A stretch of 64,000 nt of DNA. Origin: Terriglobia bacterium (GTDB lineage: Bacteria > Acidobacteriota > Terriglobia > JAIQFV01). Each line of letters opens with the position of its first letter. Positions within the stretch are counted from its first letter, which is position 1. The position numbers and the translations under genes were made by a program. The stretch is taken from assembly GCA_020073085.1 (NCBI GenBank), contig JAIQFV010000009.1, positions 124,162 to 188,161 on the forward strand, read 5' to 3'. Under the pieces are notes generated by a model. It ran no database searches, was not told the DNA's origin, and saw nothing but the letters and a program-made list of their open reading frames with translations. Below are positions 40,705 to 52,203 of this stretch, one piece after another.

Positions 40705-42555
40705 CTAATTCTTGGAGGCGGTCCAACTCGAGCTCCCCGAACCGCAGGGTGGATTTCCCGGGCTTCCATTGAGGATAAAATTCGCCGTTCCGCTGGCTTC
40801 AGAATTTGAACTGAACGATCCACTCAGCGAGAAGCTGACGGCAAACGGGGCGCTACTCGGACTGTTGACTGAAAAAGAGTTCCCTGAGATCGCGGCGCTC
40901 ATCGAGCTCATCGTCACGGTAAATTCGCCCGAACATCCGCCACCCGAGACTGCTCCGCCAAAGCCCAACGAGGTGATCCGATTGCCTGAAACCGTGAATG
41001 AAATCGACTTCCCCTGGCTCGTACTTCCCGACCAGCTTCCGTCCTTGGAGGTCCCTCCCGAATCGGTGATCGAGAAACTGAGCGTGTTGGAAGTCCCCGC
41101 CGGCGTAGTGACCGAGACCTGGCGACTCCCCGTCGAGGCGCCCGAAGCAATCGTCAGAAGGGCGGTGACCTGGGTTGCTGTCGACTGCAGATTGCTGAGG
41201 GAGAGTCCACTGGAAGGACTGAAATTGATGGCGCTGGTGTTACTCAGGTTTGAACCGAGGATGGTCAAACTGATCGCACCGCCCCGCTGACCATTATCCG
41301 GATCGACCACTGTTATCTGTGGCTGGCTGGGGGGGGCTGAACTGGTTGGAGCGCGGACATGGAGACGGTAGCTATATGCGGAACCCCCATCATGCCAGTA
41401 GTCCGCGACTCGAAGGTAGTAGGTCCCGTCTGCCGGCAGGACCACTTGAAGGAAAGAGTCGTTCTGCCAGATCAGTCCGTTCTGGTCGTTCTCCGTAATG
41501 ATCGTTCCATCGGCCTTTTCCAACCGCAGGACGGAATCCAGAGGGGAAGAACTGGACTGGGTATCGAGGAGAGCCGTCACGGTATCCCCTTGCCGCCCTG
41601 TAAACTTGAAATAGTCGACGTCGCCCGCCGCCCCAATCGATCCGGCCACAACGTTCGGACCGCTGAGGAAGAAGGCCAGACCGGTCGAATCATTAGGTTC
41701 GGATTCAGAGATCGGACCCTGGTTCAAATAGAAGGGGGCCAAGACGGGCCCTTGATCGACGGAGACCGTGCCATAAACACTTTGATCCACCCGCAAGGCC
41801 ACCACTCCGATGCTGGTAGCCGCTGAAACACTCACGGTCCCGCTGAAATTGTCCAAGCCGGGAAACAACTTGGACTCGTTCAAGAACTGCGCCATATGCC
41901 CTCCCGCAGGCAACGAGACCACGACGGTGTTCTGGAGGGTCCCATCGTTCCGGATCAGGTTCACCACAACTTTTTGCCCGGTGGTGGGGGGCGCATCAAA
42001 GGTGGGATTGGCGAAGGCGATCCCCGTGTTGATTCCAGCCGCGGTGTTCACCTCGGCGGGAAAGGAGAAGTGAAGGAAGGGGAATTGTTGCGCCACGCCC
42101 ATTTCGGTCACCACCGAGTTGCCCTGGGCATAACGGAAAACTTCCGACCCCCGGAGCGAGATCGCGTTGGGAGCGTGGAGGAGCGCATAACCCGCTCTCA
42201 GAGATCCCGTTGAGGCGACCCGCACAGTCTGAGTCCCGCCGGGATTTAAGTTGAAACTGAAGCTCGAACCGGTCCCCAGATTGGTCTCCACACTCAGCGG
42301 AGAACCATCGTCGCTGAAAAACGACAGGGTAATGTTGCCGGCTGCGCTCGTTCCCTGGTTCGTGATGAAAAGATCACTCGACCAGCCGCCACCGCCGGTG
42401 AATTGAGGGAAAACCGCATGCCATTCGGCATGAATCGGGAATGCGATCGCCAGCAGGGCAACGCAAAAAAAGGCGACCATGGGCCACATAAAACCTTTTT
42501 CCCTGCCATTCGCTCCAGCCCTCGGCCTAAAATGTGAGATTTGATATTTGATATT
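40705..42555 (-). CDS. large secreted protein with PPC (pre-peptidase C-terminal)-like domain and Ser-rich tail
   Basis: Signal peptide MWPMVAFFCVALLAIAFPIHA. SEPNDSTGLAFFLSGPNVVAGSIGAAGDVDYFKFTGRQGDTVTA resembles PPC/collagenase pre-peptidase domains. C-terminal poly-Ser/Gly region. Confidence 0.55.
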   Translation of the reverse strand, partial: NIKYQISHFRPRAGANGREKGFMWPMVAFFCVALLAIAFPIHAEWHAVFPQFTGGGGWSSDLFITNQGTSAAGNITLSFFSDDGSPLSVETNLGTGSSFSFNLNPGGTQTVRVASTGSLRAGYALLHAPNAISLRGSEVFRYAQGNSVVTEMGVAQQFPFLHFSFPAEVNTAAGINTGIAFANPTFDAPPTTGQKVVVNLIRNDGTLQNTVVVSLPAGGHMAQFLNESKLFPGLDNFSGTVSVSAATSIGVVALRVDQSVYGTVSVDQGPVLAPFYLNQGPISESEPNDSTGLAFFLSGPNVVAGSIGAAGDVDYFKFTGRQGDTVTALLDTQSSSSPLDSVLRLEKADGTIITENDQNGLIWQNDSFLQVVLPADGTYYLRVADYWHDGGSAYSYRLHVRAPTSSAPPSQPQITVVDPDNGQRGGAISLTILGSNLSNTSAINFSPSSGLSLSNLQSTATQVTALLTIASGASTGSRQVSVTTPAGTSNTLSFSITDSGGTSKDGSWSGSTSQGKSISFTVSGNRITSLGFGGAVSGGGCSGEFTVTMSSMSAAISGNSFSVNSPSSAPFAVSFSLSGSFSSNSEASGTANFILNGSPGNPPCGSGSSSWTASKN

Positions 42556-42660
42556 CATAGAGCCCCCTTTGACCTCCTTAAATGACAATAGTCATACATA
42601 GAATTGATTTGCCGCTCTTTGGGGATGTCAAGCCACGCGGCTTAAAGCATCTGTGGTACA

Positions 42661-42676
42661 GGCAACATCCCGGCCA
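42661..42676 (-). promoter_or_regulatory. candidate sigma-54 (-24/-12) promoter upstream of the secreted-protein gene cluster
   Basis: Minus-strand reading TGGCCG-GGATG-TTGCC has GG and GC at the canonical 10-nt spacing. It lies about 85-170 nt upstream of the possible start codons of the 40705..42555 gene, immediately downstream of a sigma-54 activator gene. Confidence 0.35.
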
Positions 42677-42947
42677 AAGCTGAGACTTTCACTGAACACC
42701 AAGCATCGCCCTTGAATTCAATGAAATGCATAGTTAAGGAGGGAGAACGGAGGGAGTCAACCCGTAGCAAGTCCCGCTACAGGACAAGGGCACAACTAAA
42801 CCCACTACACGGCTCGAAACCCAAGCAATCACGTGGACTGAGGACTATTTTCAATGGGGGTTCTGAGGCAAGAGTGTAGTTAGAGGTGCAACGCTCTGGG
42901 GACTGGGATGGTGGGATAAAGCTGAAGAGGAAGACCTTCTCGAATCT

Positions 42948-44759
42948 TCATACCGCATTTCGTTTTGACGATTTCTGGATGATGCGATGCAGTGTAACGC
43001 GGTGCATCCCGAGTCGCCGGGCCGCCTCGGATAGGTTGCCGCCGGCCTCTTTAATCACCCGCTCGGTGTATTGACGTTCCAACTCGGCGAATCTTCGCTT
43101 GGCTTGGCGCTTTCGATTCCGCAGGTCCTCAAGATCGACGACGGGCGTTTGCAGGACGTGATGGAAAACGTCCTTGGCCAGGCTGATCCGTTGCGAAGAG
43201 ATTTGCAGGATCTCTCGAGGCAAGTCCTCCGCCGCAAGCGTGTCTGCAGTGGCGAGGGCGACCATGCGATGAATCATGTTCTCGAGTTCCCTCACATTGC
43301 CCGGAAAGGGATACTCCCGCAGCCAGTCGTAGACTTCCCTTTCGACGCTCATCGACCGGCCGTAGAGGCGAGAGAATTTTTCAAGGAAATAATCAACGAG
43401 CAACGGGATATCGTCCCGGCGCTGACGCAGGGCGGGGACATGAACGGGAATGACATTCAGGCGGTAATAGAGAGCGTCCTGGAAGTTCCCCTTCTCCACC
43501 ATCTCTTTCAAGTCCTTGCTGGTCGCGGCCACCATACGCACATCCACTCGAAGGGTCTCTTTCCCGCCCAGCCTTTGAAGTTCGCTGGATTGCAGGAAGC
43601 GCAGCAACTTGGCTTGGAGTGGATACGCCAGTTCGCCCACCTCATCGAGAAAGATCGTGCCCCCTTCCGCTTGTTCGATTCGACCGATGTATTGTTCGGA
43701 AGCCCCGGTGAAAGCCCCCTTCTCATGGCCAAACAACTCCGACTCCATCAGATTTTCAGGGATGGCCGCACAACAAATCGCGGAAAAAGGACGATCCCGG
43801 CGCGCGCTTCGATAATGAAGGGCCCGGGCCACCAGTTCCTTTCCCGACCCGCTTTCCCCCTCAATCAGGATGGTGGCCGGAGAATCCGCCAGCCGCTCAA
43901 TTACTTCTAAAAGCTTCAGAATCGATGGATCCCTGCCGACGATTTCCTTCGAGGCCCTCGCATCATCAAAGAAGACTCGGGAACTGGATTTGAAGAGAAT
44001 GGGCAGAAGGCGGTAATGCCGCAGATAGGACAGTGCCAATCGGCTGACCGGCTCGAGCAAATCCAAGTCCTCCTGATCGAAGGCGCAAGGCACGGTATTG
44101 TTTTCCAGGTAAATGGCTCCGATGGCCCGGTGGTCCTCGATGAGGGGGGCAGCCAAGACCGATTTGAGGTGGAGCCCTGCGATGCTCTCCTCTTTGGCGA
44201 AATCCGGGTGATGAGATGCATCTTCAAGAAGCAATGGCCTCGCCCGCTCAAATACCTCCCGAAGCAGGGTGCGGCTGAAGCGGTACTCCCGGAGCGCGAG
44301 GTGGGTGGTATCGAAGTGGCGCGCCGCAATAACATCGGCTTCCGTGGATTCGGGAGAATAAAAGAGGATGAACCCGCGTTCGGCGCCGACCGCCTCAATG
44401 ACCCGGTCAAGCAACAGCTCACAGAACGCGCCCAAAGATGTGGCGGAAGCATCGAGCAATGCCGTCAGCAATGTCGCGAGTCGGCTTCCGGCTTGATCGC
44501 TCCTCAACATTTCCGCTTCCTGCCGGAGAGGCTTCAGAAAATCCCGATGCGCCAGCTCTTCGAGCAGGGCAAGGCGCTGATGGAGTTTCTTGAGCTGACC
44601 ACTGAGGCTCTGCAACCGGCGATCCGCCGTATCTCCCTGCAGGGTTCTCACCGATTCCAGCAGTGCAGAAACCGAGTGTTGACAGGATCGCGTTTCCTGC
44701 TCGAGCAGTGCCCTAAATGTCTCAGTGAGATTTATGATCCGATCGGCTTGGGAGTTCAT
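42948..44759 (-). CDS. sigma-54-dependent Fis-family transcriptional activator (GAF + AAA+ + HTH)
   Basis: [15 protein letters not shown] Walker [22 protein letters not shown] motif, C-terminal Fis-type HTH ([24 protein letters not shown]). N-terminal coiled-coil and GAF region. Confidence 0.9.
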   Translation of the reverse strand: MNSQADRIINLTETFRALLEQETRSCQHSVSALLESVRTLQGDTADRRLQSLSGQLKKLHQRLALLEELAHRDFLKPLRQEAEMLRSDQAGSRLATLLTALLDASATSLGAFCELLLDRVIEAVGAERGFILFYSPESTEADVIAARHFDTTHLALREYRFSRTLLREVFERARPLLLEDASHHPDFAKEESIAGLHLKSVLAAPLIEDHRAIGAIYLENNTVPCAFDQEDLDLLEPVSRLALSYLRHYRLLPILFKSSSRVFFDDARASKEIVGRDPSILKLLEVIERLADSPATILIEGESGSGKELVARALHYRSARRDRPFSAICCAAIPENLMESELFGHEKGAFTGASEQYIGRIEQAEGGTIFLDEVGELAYPLQAKLLRFLQSSELQRLGGKETLRVDVRMVAATSKDLKEMVEKGNFQDALYYRLNVIPVHVPALRQRRDDIPLLVDYFLEKFSRLYGRSMSVEREVYDWLREYPFPGNVRELENMIHRMVALATADTLAAEDLPREILQISSQRISLAKDVFHHVLQTPVVDLEDLRNRKRQAKRRFAELERQYTERVIKEAGGNLSEAARRLGMHRVTLHRIIQKSSKRNAV

Positions 44760-44940
44760 GGGTGGTCAAGAGCTTCTCAGCGGTCAGCTATCAGCGGGCA
44801 GCCATCAACAATTGCAATTCGGAAATCTCAGACCTCTTAATTGAACCCGAAATGACCTAGCCTCCTTCAATTACCACCAAACTATAACAATATGTTTACA
44901 CTCCGTTGAATGCTAATTGCTGACCGCTGACAGCTCCTTT

Positions 44941-47900
44941 CTAATCCAGCCGATATCCCCACAGGGTGCGGTGTCGCGTGTAGAGGCGTAATGATTTGTC
45001 GTGTCCCCCCGCGGCCAATTGCCGACCGTCGGGGGAGAAGGCCACTGAAAGTACCGGGGCTGAATGGGTCCCGATTTGTGCTATCAGATGTCGCCGCTTT
45101 ACATCCCACAGGGAAATGGATTGGTCGTCGCCCGCGGAGGCCACTTGCCGACCATCTGGGGAGATTGCGATCGACTTGATGCGCGCCCCGTGCTGCCCCA
45201 GGATGCCGACCTGACGTAGCGGCCGGGTCTCCCAAAGCCGCACAAATCCCTGATCTTCTCCCGTCACCAGCCATTTCCCGTCCGGGGAGAAGCGTGCAGA
45301 TATCAATTGAATGCCCTTGAGATCCTCTTTTGCGACGATCTGCCAGCTTGTCGTATCCCAGATGACAAGGTACCCACGATCCGTGACGCACAGCAGCCAG
45401 CGTCCATCCTTGGAAAAATCCTCCCCGTAAATGTGGCCCAAATTCTCGGAGAAGAACAGCCTGTTTAAATCGATGACCAGCCGACCGTCGTTGGAATCGA
45501 AGACCGCCGATGAACCGCTCACCCAATGTCCGTCGGGAGAAACCTCGACGCAGTAACCGGGGAGACCGATTTCGGACTGATGTTTCAACGCCCGAAGTGG
45601 TTGGCCGCTATCGAGGCCCCAGAGAATGATGCCTCCATCCTGATCACTGGAGGCGACCCACTTCCCGTCCGGCGAAAAGGTGACCCCATCCACGCGTGTG
45701 TTATGCCCAACCAGTACGGCGACTTTCCCCCGTCTCCTGGCGTCCCAGATGATCACCGATCGGTCATCACTGGCGGAGGCGATCTGATTCCCGTCAGGCG
45801 AGAAGGCGACAGCGCGGACCGCGGCGCTGTGCTCATTCAAGTTGGCGACCCGTTCGTGCTCTGCCACATCCCACAGCAGAATCGCACCATCCCCATGCGT
45901 GGAGACCAGCCATCGTCCGTCGGGGGAAAAGGCAAGACTCCAAACGATCGCCGTGTGTTCAAAACGGGTGAGCTTTTTGTGCGTTAATGCGTCCCACAAC
46001 ACGATGTCTTCCGCCCCTGAGGCGACCCATCGTCCGTCGGGGGAGTACGCCACGGCGCGCCCATGATCATCGTGAACGTCCTCGAGGGCGACAAGCTTTC
46101 GGTGGGTCAAATCTCCTGTCAGACTCAATTCGTAAAAGGCAACCTCCCCAAGGCTCGTTACTGTGACCGCATGTCGGGCGTCGGGGGATAGCGCCGCCCA
46201 GTTTCCCGCGCGTTCGGGATGAAAACCGCTGGCCATGGGTTGACCCGTGAGGACGTCGAAAACCTCTCCCGAGGCGGCCATAAGTTGCCGGCTATCCGGC
46301 GAAAAAATCAGGGTGCCGTAACTCTGCTGCAAAGGTAACTCGCGGATCTTTTGCCACGGTCCGACGCTCCAGAGAATGGTCTGCTCTCCCGAACTCGCCA
46401 GCCATCTGCCATCGGGGGAAAAGGCAACCCCCTGCACCGGCCCGGTGTGTCCATGCAAGACAGCCGCTTTCTGAAGGCGGGTCGAGTCCCAGACCATGAC
46501 GGTCTTATCAGCCCCCCCGGTGGCGAACCAGCGTCCGTCCGGAGAGAATGCGACTGAAGTCACCCAGCCGGAATGATCCGTTAGCGTCGCAATCCGCAGT
46601 CGACGCGCAAAGTCCCAGACAATGACCTTGGAATCCTCACCACAGGAAACCAGCAAGCGTCCGTCCGGAGAAAAAGCAGCGCATCGGGCCGCCGCCTCAT
46701 GACCATCCCTCATCCGGAAGCCGTCCCACTCTTCCCGCACGGAAAGCGCCGCCGCCCCCAAAGTCGCACTCACGGCCAGAGTCACGGCCAGGACGCTCGA
46801 CTTGAAAAGTCCCAGGCGCAAGCTCCTCCGCAATAGCTCGCCTTCCCGTTTGCCCCGCTCCAGATCGGAGTGACGGCGAATGAGCAGTAGCTTGCTCAAG
46901 GGGATGCGCGTGTTTCGATCGACCGAGTAGTTGGAGAGATACTGCCGGAACAAACGGTTGGCTCGTTGTGTCGCGTCCATCACCTTGCCGGTCAACTGAT
47001 TGATCTTGTCAATGAGGTACTCGTGGGTCAACTCATACCTCCGGGAATCCTCATCCTGGATTTCACAGATCAGTCGCGACTCAACAAAGAGATTCAACAA
47101 CGGATCGACAATTCCCCGGCTCCGCTGGGTTCTTTTGACGATCTCATCGTGCGGGAGGTTCAAACGGGTGTTCTCGTCGGAAATCAAGCTGCGTAAGATG
47201 AGCGTGGCAGTCTGGTGGTCCCCCGAGGCCGCAATGACATCCTCCAGAAAGCTGAAGACCAGGGCCTCTTTTCTGCCCGCACGCCGATATTCCTCCAATG
47301 TGAAAATACGCCGGCGTTGCAACTGCTCGCCGACGATTTGGAGCTCGGAGGGTAAAACGTCGCCGTCCACGGCCAGGTCGTGCGCGATCTGCCGGCTCAA
47401 CCCGGTTTCGAAGGGCAGGTTGGCGTGTTCCACACAGGAGCTGATAATCTTTTCGGCCCGTGCCTCGTCAAAAGTGTGCAGGTGATAGAGCCTTCCACTC
47501 AATAACGGATTAGGAATACGATCGGCAAACTCCTCATTGATCCAATGGAGGAAATCGCTTCGCATGGAAAAGAGGAACTTCACGGGGAGATCGGCCGAGT
47601 GGTAGCACTCAGTAACGAAGGAGAGGAATGGCTCCCGATCCTTTTTCGCCCGGAAGTTAATGAAAAACTCTTCAAATTGATCGCAAATGATCAGGATCCC
47701 GGTGTCGAGCTCTCCAGCGATCCGGCGCAAGTAAGGGAGCGGCGGCTCAGTGGAATGGGGGGAGAGCTGGCTTCTCTTGCGGCACTCCTCCATCAGCGTC
47801 GTCAACGGGTCCTTGTAGGAACGACAGTAGATGGGAAATTGGCCTTCCTCCCACAGCTTTGGAATCAGCCCGGCTCTCAAGACCGATGTCTTCCCGCAAC

Positions 47901-49233
47901 CGGAGTCTCCGAACAATACTCCAAAGCGAAATTCGGGCTGCGAGACCCGCTCAAACAACGCGGCGGTATCCACCTCCCGACCGTGGAAGCGATCACGATC
48001 CGCCTCCTGGAACGGTAACAATCCTCTGAATGCGGCTCCCCTGGGAAGTGAAAGGATTGGCTTTCGAACCCGCCGTCGAAGGACAAGGTAGCCAATCAAG
48101 CCCAACGACGCCAAAAACAAGAACCCAAGGGCACGCCACGGCCCGTTCCGTTGAGGTTGAAAAATGAGCCAATCGATCCCCGGTGCCAGGGCCATCAGAA
48201 CGGAAAGAACCAGCAGCCCTCTGCGGGCCAAGCCTGAGAATCTTTCTTGAGCGTATGCATGCGTGCGGGGACCTTCCGCCGCAAAGTCTTCTGAAACGAT
48301 ATCAGCCAGCGGGTTTTCCAGCCCTGTCTCTTGTTGGAGCTGTTGTCTCAACTTCTTCAGGTCGAACAGCATTTCCTCGGCGGAACGGTACCGTTGGTCT
48401 CGATCTTTACTCATCGCCTTTCTGACGATGCTCTCCAACTCCAAGGGAACGTCCCTCCGAAAGGTGCTGAGCGGGGGGGCTTCCCGGGTGAGAATCGCAT
48501 GCAGGATTTCAGATGCATTTTCCCCTTCAAACGGCCTTCGGGCACTGACCGCCTGATAGATTACAACTCCCAGGGAGTAAATGTCGGTCCAGGTATTGGG
48601 TCGCTCGCCACGCGCCTGCTCCGGAGACATGAAACTGATTGTTCCGGAAATTCCATCGGCTTTGGGGGGAGGAACATCCGGTCGGGACTCGGCAGGGCGG
48701 ACATCCTTCGAGGCTGCTCCGCGATTTTCCCCCTTCATCCCCGCTGGCAGGGGCGCGGTGAGCATTGCCAGTCCGAAATCAAGGACCTTTACCCGATCCT
48801 CTCCTCCAAGCATGATGTTGGAGCTCTTCAGGTCGCAATGAACCATGCCGACGACGTGGGCTGCCTTCAAGGCTTCTGCCGTCTGGATCGCAATATTAAG
48901 GGTCCTGCCGATGTCGAGCGGTCCACTTTTCAATTCGCTGGCAAGAGTTCTTCCCTCGACATACTCCATCACAATGTAAGGCCGGCCTTCCTCCTGGCCG
49001 AATTCGTGAATGGTGGCGATGTTGGGGTGATTCAGAGCGGCTGCCCGGCGGGCTTCACTTATCAGGCCGTCTCTCGCCTCAGGGTCAGATAAACCATCCG
49101 AAGGAAGGAACTTCAGAGCGACCGTTCGCCCCAGACGCAGGTCTTCCGCCTTGTACACTTCACCCAAGCTGCCTAGACCCACGCGCTCCAGGATACGGAA
49201 ATGAGCGATCCTATGAACCATCATCATTTTCAC
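44941..49233 (-). CDS. Ser/Thr protein kinase - STAND P-loop NTPase - WD40 repeat multidomain protein
   Basis: N-terminal Hanks kinase (GLGSLGEVYKA...VALKFL, HCDLKSSNIML, DFGLA). TM segments. P-loop FGDSGCGKTSVLRAGL of a NACHT/AAA-like STAND module. At least 12 C-terminal WD40 blades (HSGWVTSVAFSPDGRW..WD). Confidence 0.9.
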   Translation of the reverse strand: MKMMMVHRIAHFRILERVGLGSLGEVYKAEDLRLGRTVALKFLPSDGLSDPEARDGLISEARRAAALNHPNIATIHEFGQEEGRPYIVMEYVEGRTLASELKSGPLDIGRTLNIAIQTAEALKAAHVVGMVHCDLKSSNIMLGGEDRVKVLDFGLAMLTAPLPAGMKGENRGAASKDVRPAESRPDVPPPKADGISGTISFMSPEQARGERPNTWTDIYSLGVVIYQAVSARRPFEGENASEILHAILTREAPPLSTFRRDVPLELESIVRKAMSKDRDQRYRSAEEMLFDLKKLRQQLQQETGLENPLADIVSEDFAAEGPRTHAYAQERFSGLARRGLLVLSVLMALAPGIDWLIFQPQRNGPWRALGFLFLASLGLIGYLVLRRRVRKPILSLPRGAAFRGLLPFQEADRDRFHGREVDTAALFERVSQPEFRFGVLFGDSGCGKTSVLRAGLIPKLWEEGQFPIYCRSYKDPLTTLMEECRKRSQLSPHSTEPPLPYLRRIAGELDTGILIICDQFEEFFINFRAKKDREPFLSFVTECYHSADLPVKFLFSMRSDFLHWINEEFADRIPNPLLSGRLYHLHTFDEARAEKIISSCVEHANLPFETGLSRQIAHDLAVDGDVLPSELQIVGEQLQRRRIFTLEEYRRAGRKEALVFSFLEDVIAASGDHQTATLILRSLISDENTRLNLPHDEIVKRTQRSRGIVDPLLNLFVESRLICEIQDEDSRRYELTHEYLIDKINQLTGKVMDATQRANRLFRQYLSNYSVDRNTRIPLSKLLLIRRHSDLERGKREGELLRRSLRLGLFKSSVLAVTLAVSATLGAAALSVREEWDGFRMRDGHEAAARCAAFSPDGRLLVSCGEDSKVIVWDFARRLRIATLTDHSGWVTSVAFSPDGRWFATGGADKTVMVWDSTRLQKAAVLHGHTGPVQGVAFSPDGRWLASSGEQTILWSVGPWQKIRELPLQQSYGTLIFSPDSRQLMAASGEVFDVLTGQPMASGFHPERAGNWAALSPDARHAVTVTSLGEVAFYELSLTGDLTHRKLVALEDVHDDHGRAVAYSPDGRWVASGAEDIVLWDALTHKKLTRFEHTAIVWSLAFSPDGRWLVSTHGDGAILLWDVAEHERVANLNEHSAAVRAVAFSPDGNQIASASDDRSVIIWDARRRGKVAVLVGHNTRVDGVTFSPDGKWVASSDQDGGIILWGLDSGQPLRALKHQSEIGLPGYCVEVSPDGHWVSGSSAVFDSNDGRLVIDLNRLFFSENLGHIYGEDFSKDGRWLLCVTDRGYLVIWDTTSWQIVAKEDLKGIQLISARFSPDGKWLVTGEDQGFVRLWETRPLRQVGILGQHGARIKSIAISPDGRQVASAGDDQSISLWDVKRRHLIAQIGTHSAPVLSVAFSPDGRQLAAGGHDKSLRLYTRHRTLWGYRLD

Positions 49234-49779
49234 GGGTGGTGACCTGCATTGAGATCAAGGACTTCCTTTGCGAGTAGAGAACAGCCTCCGAGATTCCTGC
49301 TAGAAGTGTAACACTGTATGCATCACTTTTGCACAAGAAGTGTGGTGTGAGCCCATTTCATCTGCTCCATCCTGCCCCAAAGAAAACCATAAGCCTCTAA
49401 CTTCGATCTCTGGTTTAGTGGATCGGGTTGACCACCATTCGAGCCACTTCAACTTGACTCCATTTCCTGCCTGTGTTCTCTTGACCCTTGGCAGTTCAAG
49501 CAAGGATTCGAGTTGCCATTCGTAACTTTTGGGAACCGGGCCTCGTCTCTAAGACCTTCACCTTCCGGCGGCTCAAACCATTACAATGGTGGATCTCTCT
49601 TACGAGGCCGGATTAGCCCTTTTACTTGAATTTCAAGAGCTCAAAATTCACGATTGATCCATCTTTCTCGATGACCCAATTCCTTCTAGGGCTTTTCGAT
49701 CAAAAGCCTTTCAAATTGCCGAACCCTTTCACCGAATGAATCCGATCCAACAGCTCTTCAATCCACGGAGGCATGACTC

Positions 49780-52056
49780 ATGAAGTTACTCAAAGGGATT
49801 GCTTTTATGATTATTTTACTCGGAGCGGCCTCAGTCCTCTACTTCGCCCAGGAAGCAGAAGACCGGACGCTTCTTCCCTGGTCGATCGTTCAGAAGATTG
49901 TGGACGAGGCCTCCGGGGACCGCGCCATGCATACAATGCTCGAAATCGCCCCCTATCCACGGCACCGGAGCAAGGAAGAATACGAGAACAAGTTTCTGGA
50001 GAGTGCCTACATTGAGCGAAGGGCCAGGGAAGCGGGGCTTGATGGAGTCGCCGTGGAACGCTTTCCAGCGGGAGGCGGTCCGGCGACAGGAAGAGGGGAT
50101 GCAGGAAACACACAAGCACCCGCAAATCCGTTCGCGGGCAAGACATGGGAGGGTTCGATCGGCCAGCTCTGGCTGGTGGAGCCCCGGCCCCATAAGCTAC
50201 TCGACTATGCGGATGTCCCGACCATGCTGTGCGCGAACAGCGCAAATGGCGACTGGACAGCCGAACTGATTGACGTCGGGAACGGGTCCCGCCCCGAAGA
50301 TTACAAGGACAGGGATGTCAAAGGGAAGATCGTTCTCGGGTCCGCCGCCCCCGGCGTGCTTCAGCGTATGGCCGTATTTGAGCGGGATGCGATCGGAGTG
50401 ATTTCATATAACTCCTTGCGACCGGAGTACGATGTCCAGCAGTCCCTCTGGGAAGGCATTCAGACTCAGCCTCCCAATCAACCCCGGTTTGCCGGGAAGA
50501 AAGCGGGATTCGGTTTCAAGCTCAATGCCGAGATGGGACGCGAACTGCGCGCGCAGTTGGATCGAGGGACTAAGGTAAAACTGCGTGCCGTCGTCCAGGC
50601 GGATTGGTATCCCAACACCATGGAAACCGTGTTTGCCCGGATCGCGGGGGACGGGTCGAGCGAACAGGAGATCATACTCTCTGCACATCTCTACGAAGGC
50701 TACTTGAAACAAGGCGCCAACGATGATGCCAGTGGCAGCGCTGCCATCCTCGAGGTCGCACGAACACTGAACGCCTTGATCCACAGTGGACAGCTCTCCC
50801 GACCCCGCCGGACCATCAATTTTCTGTGGGTGCCGGAAATCAGCGGTACCACGGCCTGGCTCCGCGCCCATGAGGAAATCCGCAAGAGACTCATCAATGA
50901 CATTAACATGGACATGGTGGGGGAAGGACTACAGAAGAACAACGCCTCCTTTGTGTTGAGCCGCACTCCCGATACGACGCCCAACTATCTGAACGACGTG
51001 ATGCAGAGCGTTTTCGAATTCCTTGGAAACACCAACCGGGAACGGGTCCGCTATCGCGCCGGCGGCTATGCCATGTCCTACCCGATCGTTTCTTCGATCG
51101 GTTCCGCCGAACCGTTCCACTTCAACATCGATAAGCATTATGGGGCCTCGGACCATGTGGTTTACCTCAACAATGGAATCCCGGCCACAATGATGGGCGT
51201 GTGGCCGGACATGTGGTATCACTCCTCCGGCGATACTCCCGACAAGGCGGATCCCACCCAGCTGAGGCGCGCGGTGGTGCTCAGCGCCATGGGGGCTTAT
51301 ATTGTCGCCTCCGCGGACGATGCCGGAGCCGCACGGATTGGGGCTGAGTCTCTGGCGAGAGGGGACGCCCGCATCGGCGACGCCCTTCGGAAAGGGCTTG
51401 CTTACCTTGCCGACTGGAACTCAGACCTGCTCCCCTCCGCGTTTAAGGAAGCCATCAATACAGTTCGTCATCAGGGAAGAATTGAAAAAGCCACGTTCGA
51501 ATCTGTGCAAACGCTGCTGCCGTCATCGATGACCGATGAAGCCAAGGAGAAAACGGTCGACCCGTTCCTTTCGATCATCGATGAAAGAACCTGGGTGGCA
51601 GAGAAACAGGTTACGGAGTTTTATGTCCTCCGGACAAAACGGGCTCCACCGGAGCTCATTTTGACTGCGGACGAGGCCAAGGCGGCACGGTTGATCCCGG
51701 AGCGAATCGGAGGTCAGGGAGGATTTGGGGGCGGGATCGCACGACTCCTCGAGCAACAACCGGAAGCCGACCGCAAAGCCCTCGAAGAGGCGTTGAGGAA
51801 GGTGCCCCAGCATATGACCGCGGAACTCAATGTAATGCTGGCCCGCAATGGAAACAAGGATGATCCCCGCAAGTATTCGGTTCTCGAGATCCGCGACTTT
51901 CTCTCGGGAGAATTTGAACCCATTACCCTGCAGGACATGACGGCGTACTTCAATGCCCAGGAAAGACTCAAGTCGATTCGATTGATCGAAAGAGCGGAGG
52001 AACCGGCGGCGGCGCCGAAAGGTCAGAAGTCGAAAGGTAAGAAGGGTGGAAGATAA
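49780..52056 (+). CDS. M28 family zinc peptidase with PA domain (secreted)
   Basis: Signal peptide. GANDDASGSAAILEVARTL and HSSGDTPD metal-ligand motifs typical of M28. Confidence 0.7.
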   Translation: MKLLKGIAFMIILLGAASVLYFAQEAEDRTLLPWSIVQKIVDEASGDRAMHTMLEIAPYPRHRSKEEYENKFLESAYIERRAREAGLDGVAVERFPAGGGPATGRGDAGNTQAPANPFAGKTWEGSIGQLWLVEPRPHKLLDYADVPTMLCANSANGDWTAELIDVGNGSRPEDYKDRDVKGKIVLGSAAPGVLQRMAVFERDAIGVISYNSLRPEYDVQQSLWEGIQTQPPNQPRFAGKKAGFGFKLNAEMGRELRAQLDRGTKVKLRAVVQADWYPNTMETVFARIAGDGSSEQEIILSAHLYEGYLKQGANDDASGSAAILEVARTLNALIHSGQLSRPRRTINFLWVPEISGTTAWLRAHEEIRKRLINDINMDMVGEGLQKNNASFVLSRTPDTTPNYLNDVMQSVFEFLGNTNRERVRYRAGGYAMSYPIVSSIGSAEPFHFNIDKHYGASDHVVYLNNGIPATMMGVWPDMWYHSSGDTPDKADPTQLRRAVVLSAMGAYIVASADDAGAARIGAESLARGDARIGDALRKGLAYLADWNSDLLPSAFKEAINTVRHQGRIEKATFESVQTLLPSSMTDEAKEKTVDPFLSIIDERTWVAEKQVTEFYVLRTKRAPPELILTADEAKAARLIPERIGGQGGFGGGIARLLEQQPEADRKALEEALRKVPQHMTAELNVMLARNGNKDDPRKYSVLEIRDFLSGEFEPITLQDMTAYFNAQERLKSIRLIERAEEPAAAPKGQKSKGKKGGR

Positions 52057-52203
52057 GCGCATGGGTGGTCCCTGTACAGACTTCAGGGTGAGCCTTTGCA
52101 TCGAGACTACTTTCCATAAGTCTGTCTCTTGTTGCGAAAGTATTATAGTTTATTTGAATTCACGAGGAGGGTGGGCTGTTCTTTAGCGGGAAGGGGTGTA
52201 CCT

